Shown here in pieces: positions 1-12,257 of a DNA stretch of 64,000 nucleotides. A program made the translations under genes and the position numbers. Under the pieces are notes generated by a model. The model ran no database searches, was not told where the DNA came from, and was given only the letters and a program-made list of their open reading frames with translations. The stretch is from Blepharisma stoltei ATCC 30299 (Eukaryota; Protista; Ciliophora). The first letter of the stretch is position 1. Each line of letters begins with the position of its first letter. The stretch is from contig CBFDEM010000013.1 of the NCBI GenBank assembly GCA_965603825.1, positions 496,001-560,000 of the forward strand, given 5' to 3'.

Positions 1-2
1 AA

Positions 3-425
3 GGAGTTGAAGAATGACCAGATGGAAGCAAATATGAAGGAGGATATATTGGTGGCAAAAAGCATGGAAAAGGCAAATTTAAATGGGCAGATGGAAGCAC
101 TTATGATGGAGATTTTATTAATAACAATATTCATGGCTCAGGCACTTATTGCTGAAGCGACGGAAGAAAATATATAGGAGACTGGCTCAACAACAAAATG
201 GATGGGAAAGGGACTTTTACTTGGCCTGATGGAAGATGCTATATTGGAGACTATATTGATGACAAAAAGCAAGGCTTTGGAGTTTTTACTTGACCTGATG
301 GCAAAAAATATGAAGGCTCTTGGTTTAATGGAAAACAGCACGGAAAAGGAGTCTATATCTCATCAAATGGAGAAAAGAAAGAAGGAGAATGGAAAGATGG
401 AATTCGAGTAAAAACTGCATCATAA
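3..425 (+). CDS. MORN-repeat protein, 5'-partial
   Basis: Frame 3 gives tandem MORN repeats ([32 protein letters not shown]...); TGA at 15, 153 and 291 occupy the repeat Trp position; ends TAA 423-425. Confidence 0.93.
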
Positions 426-624
426 GTAACAATTTTATGACTTCGTAAAATAACTAAAAATTTTAAAAAAATGTTTCATGTATAAAAAACTTTAATTTTA
501 AAAAGTTTCCTCTATATATTTAATCACAAATAATCAATCTTTTCTCAACTATTTTTGGATTTTTTTCTCCAAATCGCAAAATAACTATCCATTAGCTAGG
601 TTTCTTGTATAACATTTTTTGAGG

Positions 625-1107
625 ATGGACAATCGAGATTACTCAGCTGGAGATATGTCACCGGTTTCACCTTTTTCGAAATTTTGCTTAACTTCTTTAC
701 CATCAATAGGAGATTTCAGCATACGGGCGATAGAAGCTATGGACATTGAAAATGACGAAGAAATTAAACCTGAACAGCAAGAAACTCCTCCTATCCCTTG
801 CGGCTGCCAAAGAACACACTGTTTAAAGCTTTATTGTGAGTGCTTTGCCAATAATAGATACTGCATAGGCTGCAATTGCCATAACTGCCACAATTTGCCG
901 GGTTTTGAGGTCCATAGAGAAGAAGCAATTAAACAAATTATTGAAAGAAATCCTGGAGCTTTTAGAGAGGATTTTAGTACTATTCAAAAATCTTGTCATT
1001 GTAAGAGGTCGAATTGTGCTAAAAAGTATTGTGAATGCTATGAAGCTGGAAAACCTTGTTCGGCATTATGCAAATGTGAAGGATGCAAAAATATAGGCAA
1101 TCAGTAA
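625..1107 (+). CDS. Tesmin/TSO1-like CXC-domain protein (LIN54 family)
   Basis: Two CXC domains (CGCQRTHCLKLYCECFA...; CHCKRSNCAKKYCECY...) joined by an RNPGAF hinge; first ATG at 625. Confidence 0.9.
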   Translation: MDNRDYSAGDMSPVSPFSKFCLTSLPSIGDFSIRAIEAMDIENDEEIKPEQQETPPIPCGCQRTHCLKLYCECFANNRYCIGCNCHNCHNLPGFEVHREEAIKQIIERNPGAFREDFSTIQKSCHCKRSNCAKKYCECYEAGKPCSALCKCEGCKNIGNQ

Positions 1108-2218
1108 GAAACAAAATAGAAAGTGCAGATTTTAAATGAGAAAATTAAGTAATTTTTATGTTTATATAATTTCACTATTTAAGAAAAGTTTTTTTATTTA
1201 TTGTTAAATGCAGGTTTGATAAAGTTTGAAAAATATCTTTAAAAATCCAAAAATTCATCATGCCCTATTAAATGGATATCGGCATATGCAGAGTCGCCCT
1301 TTAATTCTAATTTCCCGTAAATAATTCAAAATTTGCAAGGTTGATGCTTAGTTTGATCATATCCAGTTAAATTCCACATAATTAATAAAAATAAAGTAAG
1401 ATACTGTTAATGCCCATACAATTTTGTAATTTATTTTTATATCTTATCAATTTGATTTTCTAAAATTCTTAAATCAAAATACGACAGAAAAAAGGCACTT
1501 CTCTGTGGTTCTGTTAGTGAAATTTCAGTTTCGCTATACTGCCGCCATTAGACATAATCAAACTATCTTTGACCGCTACCAAGCAAGCATTATCAATGGG
1601 GTCTTTCTTACATGTTTATGGAAAACACGGAAACTTACTTTTGTATCAGAAGGAGCTTCTATTGGTTTGTTTGCTACAAACAGTAACAATAAAGATTTAG
1701 TTATCGATGAATTTAAATAAAAATCTTGATTAGGCAGTATTTTGGTTCATAAAAGGGCAAATATTTTAAATATGAAGGGGATAGCCTTAAATATAAAATT
1801 CAGTAAAGTTTTACATTTAATTAGACTTGATTGCTTAAATCCATAGCATATAAACTGCATAAGTCTTGATTGCTTTTAAAGCTAGTAATATTGCTTCTAG
1901 AATAGTAGAAAATGCTTTAAAATCAGAAAAATTGATAATAATGTTAATAATTATGTTTTAAATTTTATTAGAAAGTTGAAAATCAGTAAAAATGGACAAA
2001 AAATAACTAGAGGCAATTTTTATATTCGAAGATATCTAAGAAGAGAGAAAATTAGTGTATATTTATTTATAAATCTGCTGAAAACATCACAGTAATATAG
2101 CAGCCATTATATCTATAAATAATAATAATTTCATAAAGCCTAACAAGTTTTAATCCTTTCTTTTTATTCATTACTCAAATGTGATATTGTAATTTTATTA
2201 AAATTGTTTAATAATAAA

Positions 2219-3328
2219 ATGCTGGCGAGATCATTTCTTCGTTCTTTTTCTTCCTATAGGTTTTCTCTTCCACAAGCCAGCACCCATCTCCTTGACCAAT
2301 CTCTTCTCCCAACTGAAACTACAACTACTAAAGAAGAACTGCTGAAATATCTCCACGACATGTATACAATTCGTAGAATTGAAATCACTTCTGATAACTT
2401 TTACAAGAATAAGGATATCAGAGGTTTCTGCCATTTAGCTGACGGGCAGGAAGCAATTGCAGTAGGCATGGAGGCTGCAATAACTCATGAGGATAACTTA
2501 ATTTCAGCTTACAGGATCCATCCTCAAGCTTATATGCGTGGGGAAACACCTCATCAAATTTTCGCTGAAATGTTTGGAAGGCAAGCTGGCTCTTCTAAAG
2601 GTAAAGGAGGCTCAATGCATTTTTACAATAAAGACACGAATTTTTATGGCGGAAATGGCATTGTGGGAGCACAAATTCCAGTTGGGGTCGGTTTAGCTTT
2701 TGCACTGAAGTATAAAAAAAAGCCAAATGTAGCTGTCATTATGTTTGGTGATGGCGCAGCTAATCAAGGGCAAGTATACGAAGCGAATAATATGGCTTGC
2801 CTCTGGAAACTCCCAGCAATTTTTGTCGTTGAAAACAATCGATATGGGATGGGAACCTCTATAGAAAGAGCTGCAGCTAATAGTGAATTTTATACAAGAG
2901 GCCATCCAGCACCTGGTATAAGGATTGACGGACAAAACGTGTTAGCAGTCAGAGAAAACTTTAGATTCGCCAAAGAATGGTCACTCAAAAATGGCCCTCT
3001 CTGGATCGAAATTGAGACATATAGATATCATGGGCATTCTATGTCAGATCCAGGGATTTCCTATAGAAATAGAGAAGAAGTCAGCCAAATGAGAAACAGC
3101 CGCGATCCTATAGAAAAAATCAAAGGGATGCTACTAGAAAAAGGAGAAGTCACTGAGCAAGAAATTGAAACTCTAGAAAAGAAAATTAAAGACGAAATCA
3201 ACCATGCAGCAGAAAAAGCCAAAGCTGAAGCATATCCTGAACCCATTGAGCTTTTCAAAGACATTTATGATCCAAGTCATAAAGTAAAGGTCAGAAACGT
3301 TGAATTTAAAGACACAGTTAGCGTCTAA
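2219..3328 (+). CDS. PDHA1: Pyruvate dehydrogenase E1 alpha subunit, mitochondrial
   Basis: IRGFCHL, GKGGSMH, GDGAANQGQ (TPP binding), TYRYHGHSMSDPG; presequence-like N-terminus; ATG 2219. Confidence 0.97.
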   Translation: MLARSFLRSFSSYRFSLPQASTHLLDQSLLPTETTTTKEELLKYLHDMYTIRRIEITSDNFYKNKDIRGFCHLADGQEAIAVGMEAAITHEDNLISAYRIHPQAYMRGETPHQIFAEMFGRQAGSSKGKGGSMHFYNKDTNFYGGNGIVGAQIPVGVGLAFALKYKKKPNVAVIMFGDGAANQGQVYEANNMACLWKLPAIFVVENNRYGMGTSIERAAANSEFYTRGHPAPGIRIDGQNVLAVRENFRFAKEWSLKNGPLWIEIETYRYHGHSMSDPGISYRNREEVSQMRNSRDPIEKIKGMLLEKGEVTEQEIETLEKKIKDEINHAAEKAKAEAYPEPIELFKDIYDPSHKVKVRNVEFKDTVSV

Positions 3329-3464
3329 GATAATAAGAATTATTAAAAAGTATTAAACGATTAGAATTACCATTAATATTTAGAATTCTGAGGACCTCCC
3401 TCATATTTCATGTAACATTCAAAACTAAAAAAATTAAATTCACTTCTAATTAAATAAATCAAAT

Positions 3465-6400
3465 ATGAGAGGAAGGGCAGGAGAACAACTTAGAAAATCA
3501 TCTCAGCCACAGCAATCCAAAACGTTCCAAAACGAAGAAATTCAAAACCGTGACCAATCAAACGACTGAATTATTGTAAAACTTCATTCGAAATTAAAAA
3601 CTCTTGAAGGAAAATACAACAATTTCGTAAATACCTGCTCAGCACTAATGAAAGAAAATAAATCAATTTTGGATAATTATTTCCTTCAAGACAGGAGCTC
3701 TCAGCAAATTTCTGTAGATCGAGCGAAGTTTGAAAAGGACTTACAGTATATATTAAGTGTCCAAGCCGGGATAAAAGAAGAATCTTCAGAAAGTGGGAGA
3801 AACAAGGAAGATTCTTTTGCTGCTGTGAGTGAAAAATTGATAGAAACTCAGTCTGAAATCATGAGGATCTTTTCTGGCAAACTTCATTCCCCAGAGGAGA
3901 CAAAAGAAGACGTTCTTGACGTTTTTAATAGAATGTCTAGTAACTTATGGGGAGTTTTATTCCGCCAAAAAAATAAAGAAGAAAGTTCCGAAAAAACCAG
4001 CGAATTATTAAAGAAAATAGTAAAGCTGGAAGATGAGAAAAAGCTCTTAGAAAAGCAAGTCAAAGATCTTATGAGCAGAAGCAAAACTTCAGAAATTAAT
4101 AAAATCCTTATTGAAAAGCAAAACTTAGAGCAAAGGGTTAAAGAGCAGTTTTTGCAACTAGAAAAATTTAATTCTTCAGCTGAATCCTTTGAAATTACAT
4201 TTGATGAAAAATACAAGCCACAGGAAAATAATAAACTTGTTGAAGTAGATTCTATGAAAAAACTCCTAAAAGAAACAAAAGATAAATATTTTTCCTTTGA
4301 AAAGCAGTCAAGAGGCCGAAGAGTGGAATCAAGTGATATGCGGCTTTCTAAGCATTCAGATTCTTCCTTTGTTATGAATAAAAGTCCAAAACCTAAGGAA
4401 TATTCACCAATAAGAAATAACTCACAAAAACGGTCAATAAGTCCAGCAGAAAGGAAAATTTTTGATTTAAATAAAGAAACTAATCAGCTCAAAACGAGTA
4501 TAGAAGCAATTTCTAAAGAAAGAGATGTTCTCAAGGCTTGGAAAGCAAATGCCCTGAAAAGTCCACAGTCAATACAACCAAATCTTCAAAAGACAATCCA
4601 AAATTTGGAAGCGGATAAGGATAATTTACAAAGGATAATTAAAATTTACCAGGATAAGCAGAGATATTTAATAAGAGGAATCCATTCATTTATTATGTGT
4701 ACAAGCAGAATGCAAAAATATTTGCGAAAAGAAGATGCCCTCAAATATTCAAATTTATATGAAGACGAAAAGCATAAGTTAGAAATCAGAGTCAAAGAAG
4801 TCGAAAATGAGCAGTCAAGCAGCAAATGAAGTACTCAAAGCTCTCCATGGACTACTCCAACTCAAACGCCATTTAGAAGTCGAATTTTATCTAAGCAAGA
4901 TGACACTTCTGTTGAAGAATTAGGATACTCCAAAGATATTAACTTTTTACAAGATGAGCTAGTTAAACAAATGGAAAGTAGCCAAAATATTCAGAAAAAG
5001 CTAGAGGAAGATTTAAATAAAAAAATAAATGAAGAAAAAACTTTGAAACAAAAAATAGAACATTTAGAGGAAATTAATAAATTATCAGCAGATGAAAACA
5101 CTGAGCTTGAAAAGGAAAATGATAATTTAAGGGCGCAGCTTTCAAAGATGAAAACTGAAGGCCAAAGCGCTCCAGTAAAAGTAGATTATATAAAAATTAC
5201 GAATTCTTTGAAGATAAAAATTGATGAACTGGAGACTACCCTTGAAGGCAAAGATAAAACTATCGCTTTCCTTAATTCGAAGTTAGAATCTACCAAAAAT
5301 TCCTATGAAAGCACCAAGAATTGGGCAGAAGCGCAAATATCGCAATTTTTTACAGAAATAAATAGCCAAATCGAAAATTTCAATAAAAAGGCTGATTCTC
5401 AAGAAATTTATTTAAATTCTTTAGAAAAATTAATTAAAGAAAAGCTCAATGAAAATTATCAAACAATTGAGGCTATGAATGAAGCCACTGAAGAAAGAGA
5501 GCATTTGCAGTATATAATGGAGCAAAACCAAGCGTATGTTGATACAACAATAAAAGAAATGGGTGAAACAATAGAAATCCTTGAGCGCGAGCGCGATGAA
5601 CTAAAAAACGAAGTTTCTGAGTCCAAACTAGCATTTTTAGAACTTGAAGAAAAAAATAAAAAAAATCTTCAGCTAGAAAAAGAAGTGAAAGATTTAAAGG
5701 CAATAATAAATGATTATGAAAAAAATGAAAAAGAATTCAAAACTGAGCTTCAAAAGAGCCATCAGAAAGAGAGCAATTTAGAGCAAGTAAAGTATGAATT
5801 AAGTGTTGTTCAAAGGGAAAATAAAAGCTTAGTTGACGCAAATAATGAGAAAGATAAAGAAATTATGAGTATGCAGAAAAGGTTGCAAGATCAGATAATG
5901 AGCACTAATTCTACAATTGAAGAATTTGAATTTAAGTTGAGAGAAACTAAGTCACAATATGAAGCCCAATCACAAGAACTGGAAAATATGACTAAAAAAT
6001 ACAATAGCTTAGCTAAAAACTACCAGGAAACTCAAACCAAAACCCAATCTTTAGAAAAAAGAGCATCAGGCATTGATAGAGAAAAAGAATTAAAATATGC
6101 CCAAGAAATCCAAGACCTAAGAAATGAAAATATTTCTCTTAATAGACTTTTCAAGCATAAAGAAGAAAAATTCATAAAAGAACTTGAAGATTTGAAAAAG
6201 GAAAAAGAGTTATCAAACTTATCAATTCGAGAAAAAGAGACAAAGTTAATTAATGAGAATGAGTCATTATTAAAAGAATTTAAAGAAAAAGAACTGAAAT
6301 TATCCAGTGAAATTGAAAAAATAAAAAATGAACTATTATTGGAAAAAGAAAAAGAGCTTATATTTATTAGTGAAATTGAAAACTACAAAAATGAAATTTC

Positions 6401-9158
6401 TCAACTGGAAAAAGTTAAAAAAGAAAAAGAAATAAAATATTCTAAGGAAATTGAGGAATTGAAAAAAGAAAACCATTCACTAGGAATAAATAAAGAAAGA
6501 GAAGCAAAAATGATTCATGAAATAGAAGTTTTGAAAAGAGAACACAGTTTATTGGCAAACACAGGAAAAGATAAGGAAATTAAATTGATCCAGGAAATTG
6601 ACAGTCTTAATAAAGAAAATTCTATATTAAGATCAGCGAAAGAATCATCAGATAAAGAATGGAATAATTTAATTAAAACTGAAATAGTGTCAAGTGAAGC
6701 TCTTAAATCAGAAAAAGATGAATTAGCTGGTATGCTAGAAAGAGAAAAGGAAAAATACAAAAAACTAGAAAAAATAAATAAAGAAAAGGATGAATTTTTA
6801 AATAAAGAAAAAGAAAAAATCAAAATTTTAGAGGAAAACATCAGTGAAAAAGATTCAAACTTAATATTTTATGAGGAAGCTCTAAATAAACTAAATGAAG
6901 AGATTGTTAGCCTGAAAATGGAAAATGAAAGGTTAAGCGAGCTTAATAAAGTAATGACTATGACAAAAAATGGGAATGAAAAAGATAAGGAAATAATTGG
7001 GAAATTAGAAGAAAATATTGATAGAGTTCAAAGAGAATTGAAGAAAAAATTGGACGAAGAAGAACATTTGAGAAGCCACTTAAAATCAAAAGAGATAGAA
7101 ATTGAAGAAATTCAGAAGAAAAATGAATTTTTGGAAGAAGAGCTAGAAAAAAATAAAGATCAAATAGCTTCTCTAGAAAGAAAAAATGCTGATGAAGCCA
7201 AATTAAATAGATCAAAGCATGAAGAAACCAAGACATTATTAGCAAACCTTATTAAAGAAAAAGAAGCTTCACAGATTCAAAAGATTGAGAATCTAAAAGA
7301 TATTTTATCAAAGCTAGAAAACAGGCTTAAAAATCTTAAAGAAAGATTTGATAACTCTCAAGAGCAGACAAAAATACTTTCATCTCTTAATGAAACCAAG
7401 CAATTAGATAGCGATGAAGACTCTAATTCTATTTTACTCTCCAAAATTGAAGCACTTGAATTTACTTTAGGCGAAACTCAAGCATGGTCTGATTCAAAAA
7501 TTAAAGAACTTGACGAGCAAATTGATACTTTACTTCAAGAAAAGGAAGACTTAACTAGCCAAATTCAAGAGCAGAAAAACGATATATCAAGAATTCCTAC
7601 ATTGCTAAATAAAATTGATTCTCTTGAAAAAGCAAATCAAAGTCTTCAAACGGAAAATAAAACACTTAAAGACTCTTCAGTAGAAACAAGCCAGCTGCGT
7701 CAACAAATAAATATGAAAAACTTCGAAAATGATGGATTAAAGTATGAAAAGCAGGCATTGAATGAAGAAAAGCAACGATTACTAGAAGAGCAAGATAGAT
7801 TAAGCAAAGAACTTGAAGAACTTACCACCATAAGTAAAAACGAGCTGCTAAACGCGAACAAAAAAATTGAAAGCCTCCATTTTGAACTAACAACTGTTAA
7901 GCATGAATTAGACCAAGAAAAAGAAAAGTCTCAAATTTCTGAGGAAAAAGTAAAAAATACTAATGAGGAATTAAAAGCTATTATTGATCAAAAAAATCAA
8001 TTGAAAAATGAATTCGATAATTTTAAACAGAACAAACAAAGCAATAGTGAAAACTCTGAAGATGTCGAAAAATTGACTGAATTATATCAAGAAAAGCAAA
8101 ATGAGCTCAAAAACTATGAAGCTAAAGTTAAGGAACTAGAAAATAAAGTTGAATCTCTACAAAATGAATTAAGTGATAAAACCAACACATTGATGCTTTA
8201 TGATGAAGAACTTTTCAAACTGAAAAGCGATTATCAAAATTTTTCTACAGAAAAAGAAAACTTGGTTTCCAAGTTAGCTGAAAAAGAGCAAGAAGTTTTA
8301 AATTTGAGTGCTGAAAATGAAAGTAGTCATGCTGAGCAAATGCAGTTATCAAAAATCATGGAGCAAGTTTTATCTGATTCTAAGGCATCCAAATTGCAAT
8401 ATGAGCAGACTATCAAAGAGCTTGAATCAAAGCATAATCCTAAGCCACAAGTTATTAGCAGTAGCAATAAAAAGTACGAAGAGTTGTTGCAAGAACGAGA
8501 AAATAAAATAGCTGATCTTGAGTGTAAAATTAACTCTGCAGAGGAAGCTTTAGGTGGTTTCTTTAATGAAGATCTATCTAAATCCATCATAAATCTTGTT
8601 TCACAAAGGACACAAGGAATCAAAAAACCTCCACCAAGACCTCCAGTTGGCAGATTTAGGTCAAAACGAGCTGGAGAGCAGTCACCCAGTGACCAGCAAG
8701 GAGATCCTGATGAATTTAATGTATCAGGCTCTTCACAGAACTCAGACAAAAACTCTGAAAGCTCCTGGGCTTCTATGCCTGCTAAGCTTTCAGCAGATGT
8801 CCAAGTGCTTCAGTCTGAGTTAAATGACGAAAAAGTGACTGTCGACAGGTTGCAGCATCAAAATAAATTGCTAAAAGAGCACATCAGAGACTTAGAGCGG
8901 CAGGTAAAAATCAGTCAAAATTTCAATCAAGGCGCCCGTGATGGTTCTATGAGCAAAGAGCAGCTTAAAAATACAATCATAAGCTTGATTAAAATTTTGC
9001 CTCCTTTGCCTAATGAAGGTGAAGCAACTGTGAGAATTATTTTATCAATGCTTGAGCTAAGCAAAGAAGAAATGGTAGATATTGACAGAGAAAGAATAGA
9101 AAGAGATAAAAAATCTGCGAAACCGAAAGGCAAATTTATGGGAATTTTTAATAGATAA
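3465..9158 (+). CDS. ~1897-aa coiled-coil protein with C-terminal GRIP/GRAB-like domain (golgin-like)
   Basis: ORFs 3648-4829 and 4971-9158 share a frame and join through TGA (3567, 4827); C-terminus EQLKNTIISLI...VRIILSMLELSKEE resembles GRIP/GRAB. Confidence 0.8.
6070..6635 (+). repeat. Degenerate ~18-25-aa repeats within the golgin-like CDS
   Basis: Recurring KE(K)E.K...EI..L.KEN.SL units, e.g. REKELKYAQEIQDLRNENISL, KEKEIKYSKEIEELKKENHSL, KDKEIKLIQEIDSLNKENSIL. Confidence 0.55.
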
Positions 9159-9373
9159 TTTTATGACATATTGAGTGAATATTTTATTCTAATCGTTTTA
9201 ACTATATTTAATCAAACGTTTTATAATAAATAAACAAGCTTGATATTGCTTAGAATTAAAAAATTAAGCCCTAAGCCTTTTATATGCCCTTATCTGGCGA
9301 TTTTTACATAATTTTACTTCTAGATCTTGAAATCCTTAATAGAATTCATTATAAGTATTAAATGAAGACAAAT

Positions 9374-9956
9374 CTAAGCTTGGTTCATGCTATAGTTCAT
9401 TTGCATCCCAAGCATCTGCATCATGAACATCCAATAATAATAAAAGCCATACTGTTGCGCTAATTGATTGAATTGCGCTGCAGGTTTTGCTTGAGGCTGG
9501 GTCTTTTGCTCATTTTGAGCCTCTACCTTTGGTTCTGGTTTTTGAATTTTTGGTTTCTTAATAACTGGCGCTTGATATATCCTTAACTTATAAGATTTTC
9601 CGACTTCAATTTTCTCGTTCAAGTTCGCTTTTTTTCAACCTGAATTAAGCCTTACTATTAGTTTCTTTACAGTGATAAACAATAATGTATTTCTCTTTAG
9701 TGTTAATTTTGAGCTCCCTGAGTGACCTTTCCAGCACTTTCCCCAATTTTGCGTTGTCTTGAACAGCAAATGACGTAGGATCATGCTTGGATGGTTTTTC
9801 ACAACTGCAAATCACTTTTGTATTGGCGGACGGGTCTAATTCTTGTGAGGGGTCCATAGTAAAAAATTTTGTCGGTTTTCGGACCCTGGTTGAACTTCTG
9901 GCAGAGATTTCGATGACACCCTTTTTATAGTTTGAAGCAAGATGATTGGCTTCCAT
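9374..9956 (-). CDS. Hypothetical protein (~188 aa), one 16-nt intron, Q/M/Y-rich C-terminus
   Basis: Removing GTAAGGCTTAATTCAG (9655-9640) removes a TAA and fixes the 1-nt offset between ORFs 9645-9956 and 9374-9622 (..ETNSWKKANLNEK.., W=TGA). Confidence 0.8.
9640..9655 (-). other. 16-nt spliceosomal intron
   Basis: GTAAGGCTTAATTCAG; restores frame; A at -6. Confidence 0.8.
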
Positions 9957-10147
9957 TTATTATTTCATTAAGAATTTGGTGTTCCGTTTAAGGGTCATTG
10001 AGAATGATTGTCTCTGTTAGAAATTGAATACTGATTAAGCTCAGCTTTGAAATATAAAAACTGCGATTAATTTGAAATAAGTGCTATTTAATCTTAATAT
10101 CAGAAATCTAAAGCAAACCAAAAGGGATCAGAAAAATGTTGGCGAAA

Positions 10148-10590
10148 TTAATTCCTAATGGAACTCTTTATGGCAATGAGAAAATATAGATGCGAAAAAG
10201 GATATTTGAAGCTTATTAGCAGGACTGCTGATACGATGTATATATTAGGCTTCCTTAAGAGTCTGAAACACATGACCATCTGAAATTTCGTTTTGCTATA
10301 TAAGCACTCAGAAAATAACCTGCGCAGCAAGTTAATCTTCTTTTCCATCTTCTTCTCTATCTTCTACTTAAATTTTTCATCTTCCCGATCTTCATATCGA
10401 TTCTTCTTTATTAAAAAATCTTCATCATCAATCCTTTCATTTACTTTGTCCCAGAACTCTTGGTGCCAGAATAGTGCGCCATTTTTGGAATCAATGCTGT
10501 CTATTTATTCTCTGATACTGCAAAATTTCTGACTGATTGCCAGAAACTTTTTCTCATATCAATCAGTCCAGCCTATTGTCTTCCATTGAA
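10148..10590 (-). pseudogene. Possible degraded coding remnant
   Basis: Protein-like frame (WKTIGWTDWYEKKFL..SIRE*IDSIDSKNGALFWHQEFWDKVNERIDDEDF..KFK*KIEKK) broken by one TAA and one TAG; no clear start. Confidence 0.3.
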
Positions 10591-11756
10591 AATATTAAAA
10601 TTAAATTTTAGGGCAAACTTTGGAGAAATATTGGAGAGAGCGCAAGCAGGCGCGTTTTTTAAAGGTTTCACAAAACTTCAATATTAATTCATATTTTTGA
10701 AACGGATTCTTGCCTATAATTAATTTGAAAAGTAAGAATGGGAAATAAGCCATTAATTTATAACGAAATTTAACATTTCAAATGTCATCAATGCTATTTG
10801 AGGGCTTTTTATTGATGAATTTTTTAGAATTCAATTTATTTAATGTATATTAATTCTGAATTTAATCATGGTATAAATATTGAAAGATGTTTCAGAGATA
10901 GGACTTTGGGGTTTTTAATAAAGCCTCCAGCCTGTATATTGGATTTGCTATAATAATAGTTTAATAGAGGTTACTTTATCTTTCAATAAACTAATTTATT
11001 TTTGAAAAATTTTATTCCCTTCTTATATTTTTAATATTATTTATTAGTCCATTTTGAATGACTTATATTTGCATTTCAATAAGCTGACCCCAAGGACCCA
11101 TTAAATTTACTGTTGATAAAGCAATTCAAAGTCCTATACTTTTAAGTATTAGCTTTTTTCGTTTCTGAAATTCTTGGTTTATTCAAGTTCAATGTATTCA
11201 TTATTCTTGCAAAAAAATCAGGATCACGATTTATTGTAAATATTTTCTAGAATTTGGGCAACTTTGTAAAAATTGTTAAATAGATAAACATGAAGGTTTA
11301 ATTTTACTCTTTATTTGAAAAAAATAAGAATAAAAATTCCACAATAAGAATTGTGCTAATAAATAATAATAATTAAGAGTCAAAATGCTGATTAAAGGGA
11401 TTCTTTTAATGCAATCATTGCCATATTACTTACATTATTTGCCATTTTGCTAATTTTATAATAAATTCAATATTCAATTTAATTGAGTTTCTTAAAATAA
11501 TTATTATTTGAACTCTTACTTGTTCTGTTATTAATTTATTGCAAGCACGCAATCTTATAAAGCAAAATTATTAATTTCAATTTCAATCATAATACTTTTA
11601 TCAAATTTTATATAAGACCCTAAAATAATTTTAATAAAATTGATAATGTCCTTTTATTTTTATTGGAAATTTGCTAATAAAATTCCAAATAAGCCTTTGT
11701 TTCACATTAAAATATTTTCAAAACATATTTTTTATTATTAATTATTTCCTCCATTT

Positions 11757-12257
11757 CTATTCGCCAATACAGTTTTTCATATGTTCACTAAGCACATATT
11801 TATTATACATTTCTTTTCCACAGTTCTCACATGCAACCCTAGTTGATCTTGCATGAACTTGATTGAAGTGAAATCTCACTGCGTATTTTGTTTTGAATCT
11901 CTTTGCACATTGAGAGCATCTTGCATTTTTATTTTTAGTGACATGCATTTTCCCTATATGTTGCTTTAATCCTTTATTATTTGTCAGTAATAAGCCACAA
12001 AACTTGCACTTTAACTTGTGCGGAATTTCTATGTCTTCTTTTTCTGGTTTAATTTGAATTTCTGGTTTGAAAATTGTTTCCTCTTCATGGCTTCTAAATA
12101 AATTTGTGTGGGTAAATAAGTCTTCTTTTTTTTGAAAAATCATATTACAACTCAGACATATAGAAGAATTCGGGGTGGAAAAATCTGATAAAAGCAAACC
12201 TATGGGGCTAGGGAGAGTCTGGCAACTTTCTTTTCTTTGAGATAAGGCATCAAGCAT
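11757..12257 (-). CDS. C2H2 zinc-finger protein, paralog 1
   Basis: LPSP motif, one degenerate finger, then CKFC..HIGKMH, CSQC..HFNQVH, CENC..HMKNC; ATG 12257 chosen for the AAAAATAAATATG context shared with both paralogs (12272 is an alternative). Confidence 0.9.
   Translation of the reverse strand: MLDALSQRKESCQTLPSPIGLLLSDFSTPNSSICLSCNMIFQKKEDLFTHTNLFRSHEEETIFKPEIQIKPEKEDIEIPHKLKCKFCGLLLTNNKGLKQHIGKMHVTKNKNARCSQCAKRFKTKYAVRFHFNQVHARSTRVACENCGKEMYNKYVLSEHMKNCIGE

Noticed and set aside
138-411. Listed ORFs 138-341(-) and 202-411(+)
   Set aside because: Shadow frames of the MORN gene, which is read in frame 3 with TGA=Trp
1104-1119. Possible 16-nt intron GTAAGAAACAAAATAG over the CXC gene stop
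   Set aside because: Fits the consensus but would add only four residues; not testable without RNA data
1200-1720. Short protein-like frames on both strands, including ORF 1505-1720
   Set aside because: No convincing start or recognisable motif; at most decayed remnants
3884-9133. Antisense ORFs rich in S/F/L opposite coiled-coil genes (also 21989-22954 and 49035-49506)
   Set aside because: Expected by-product of E/K-rich sense codons
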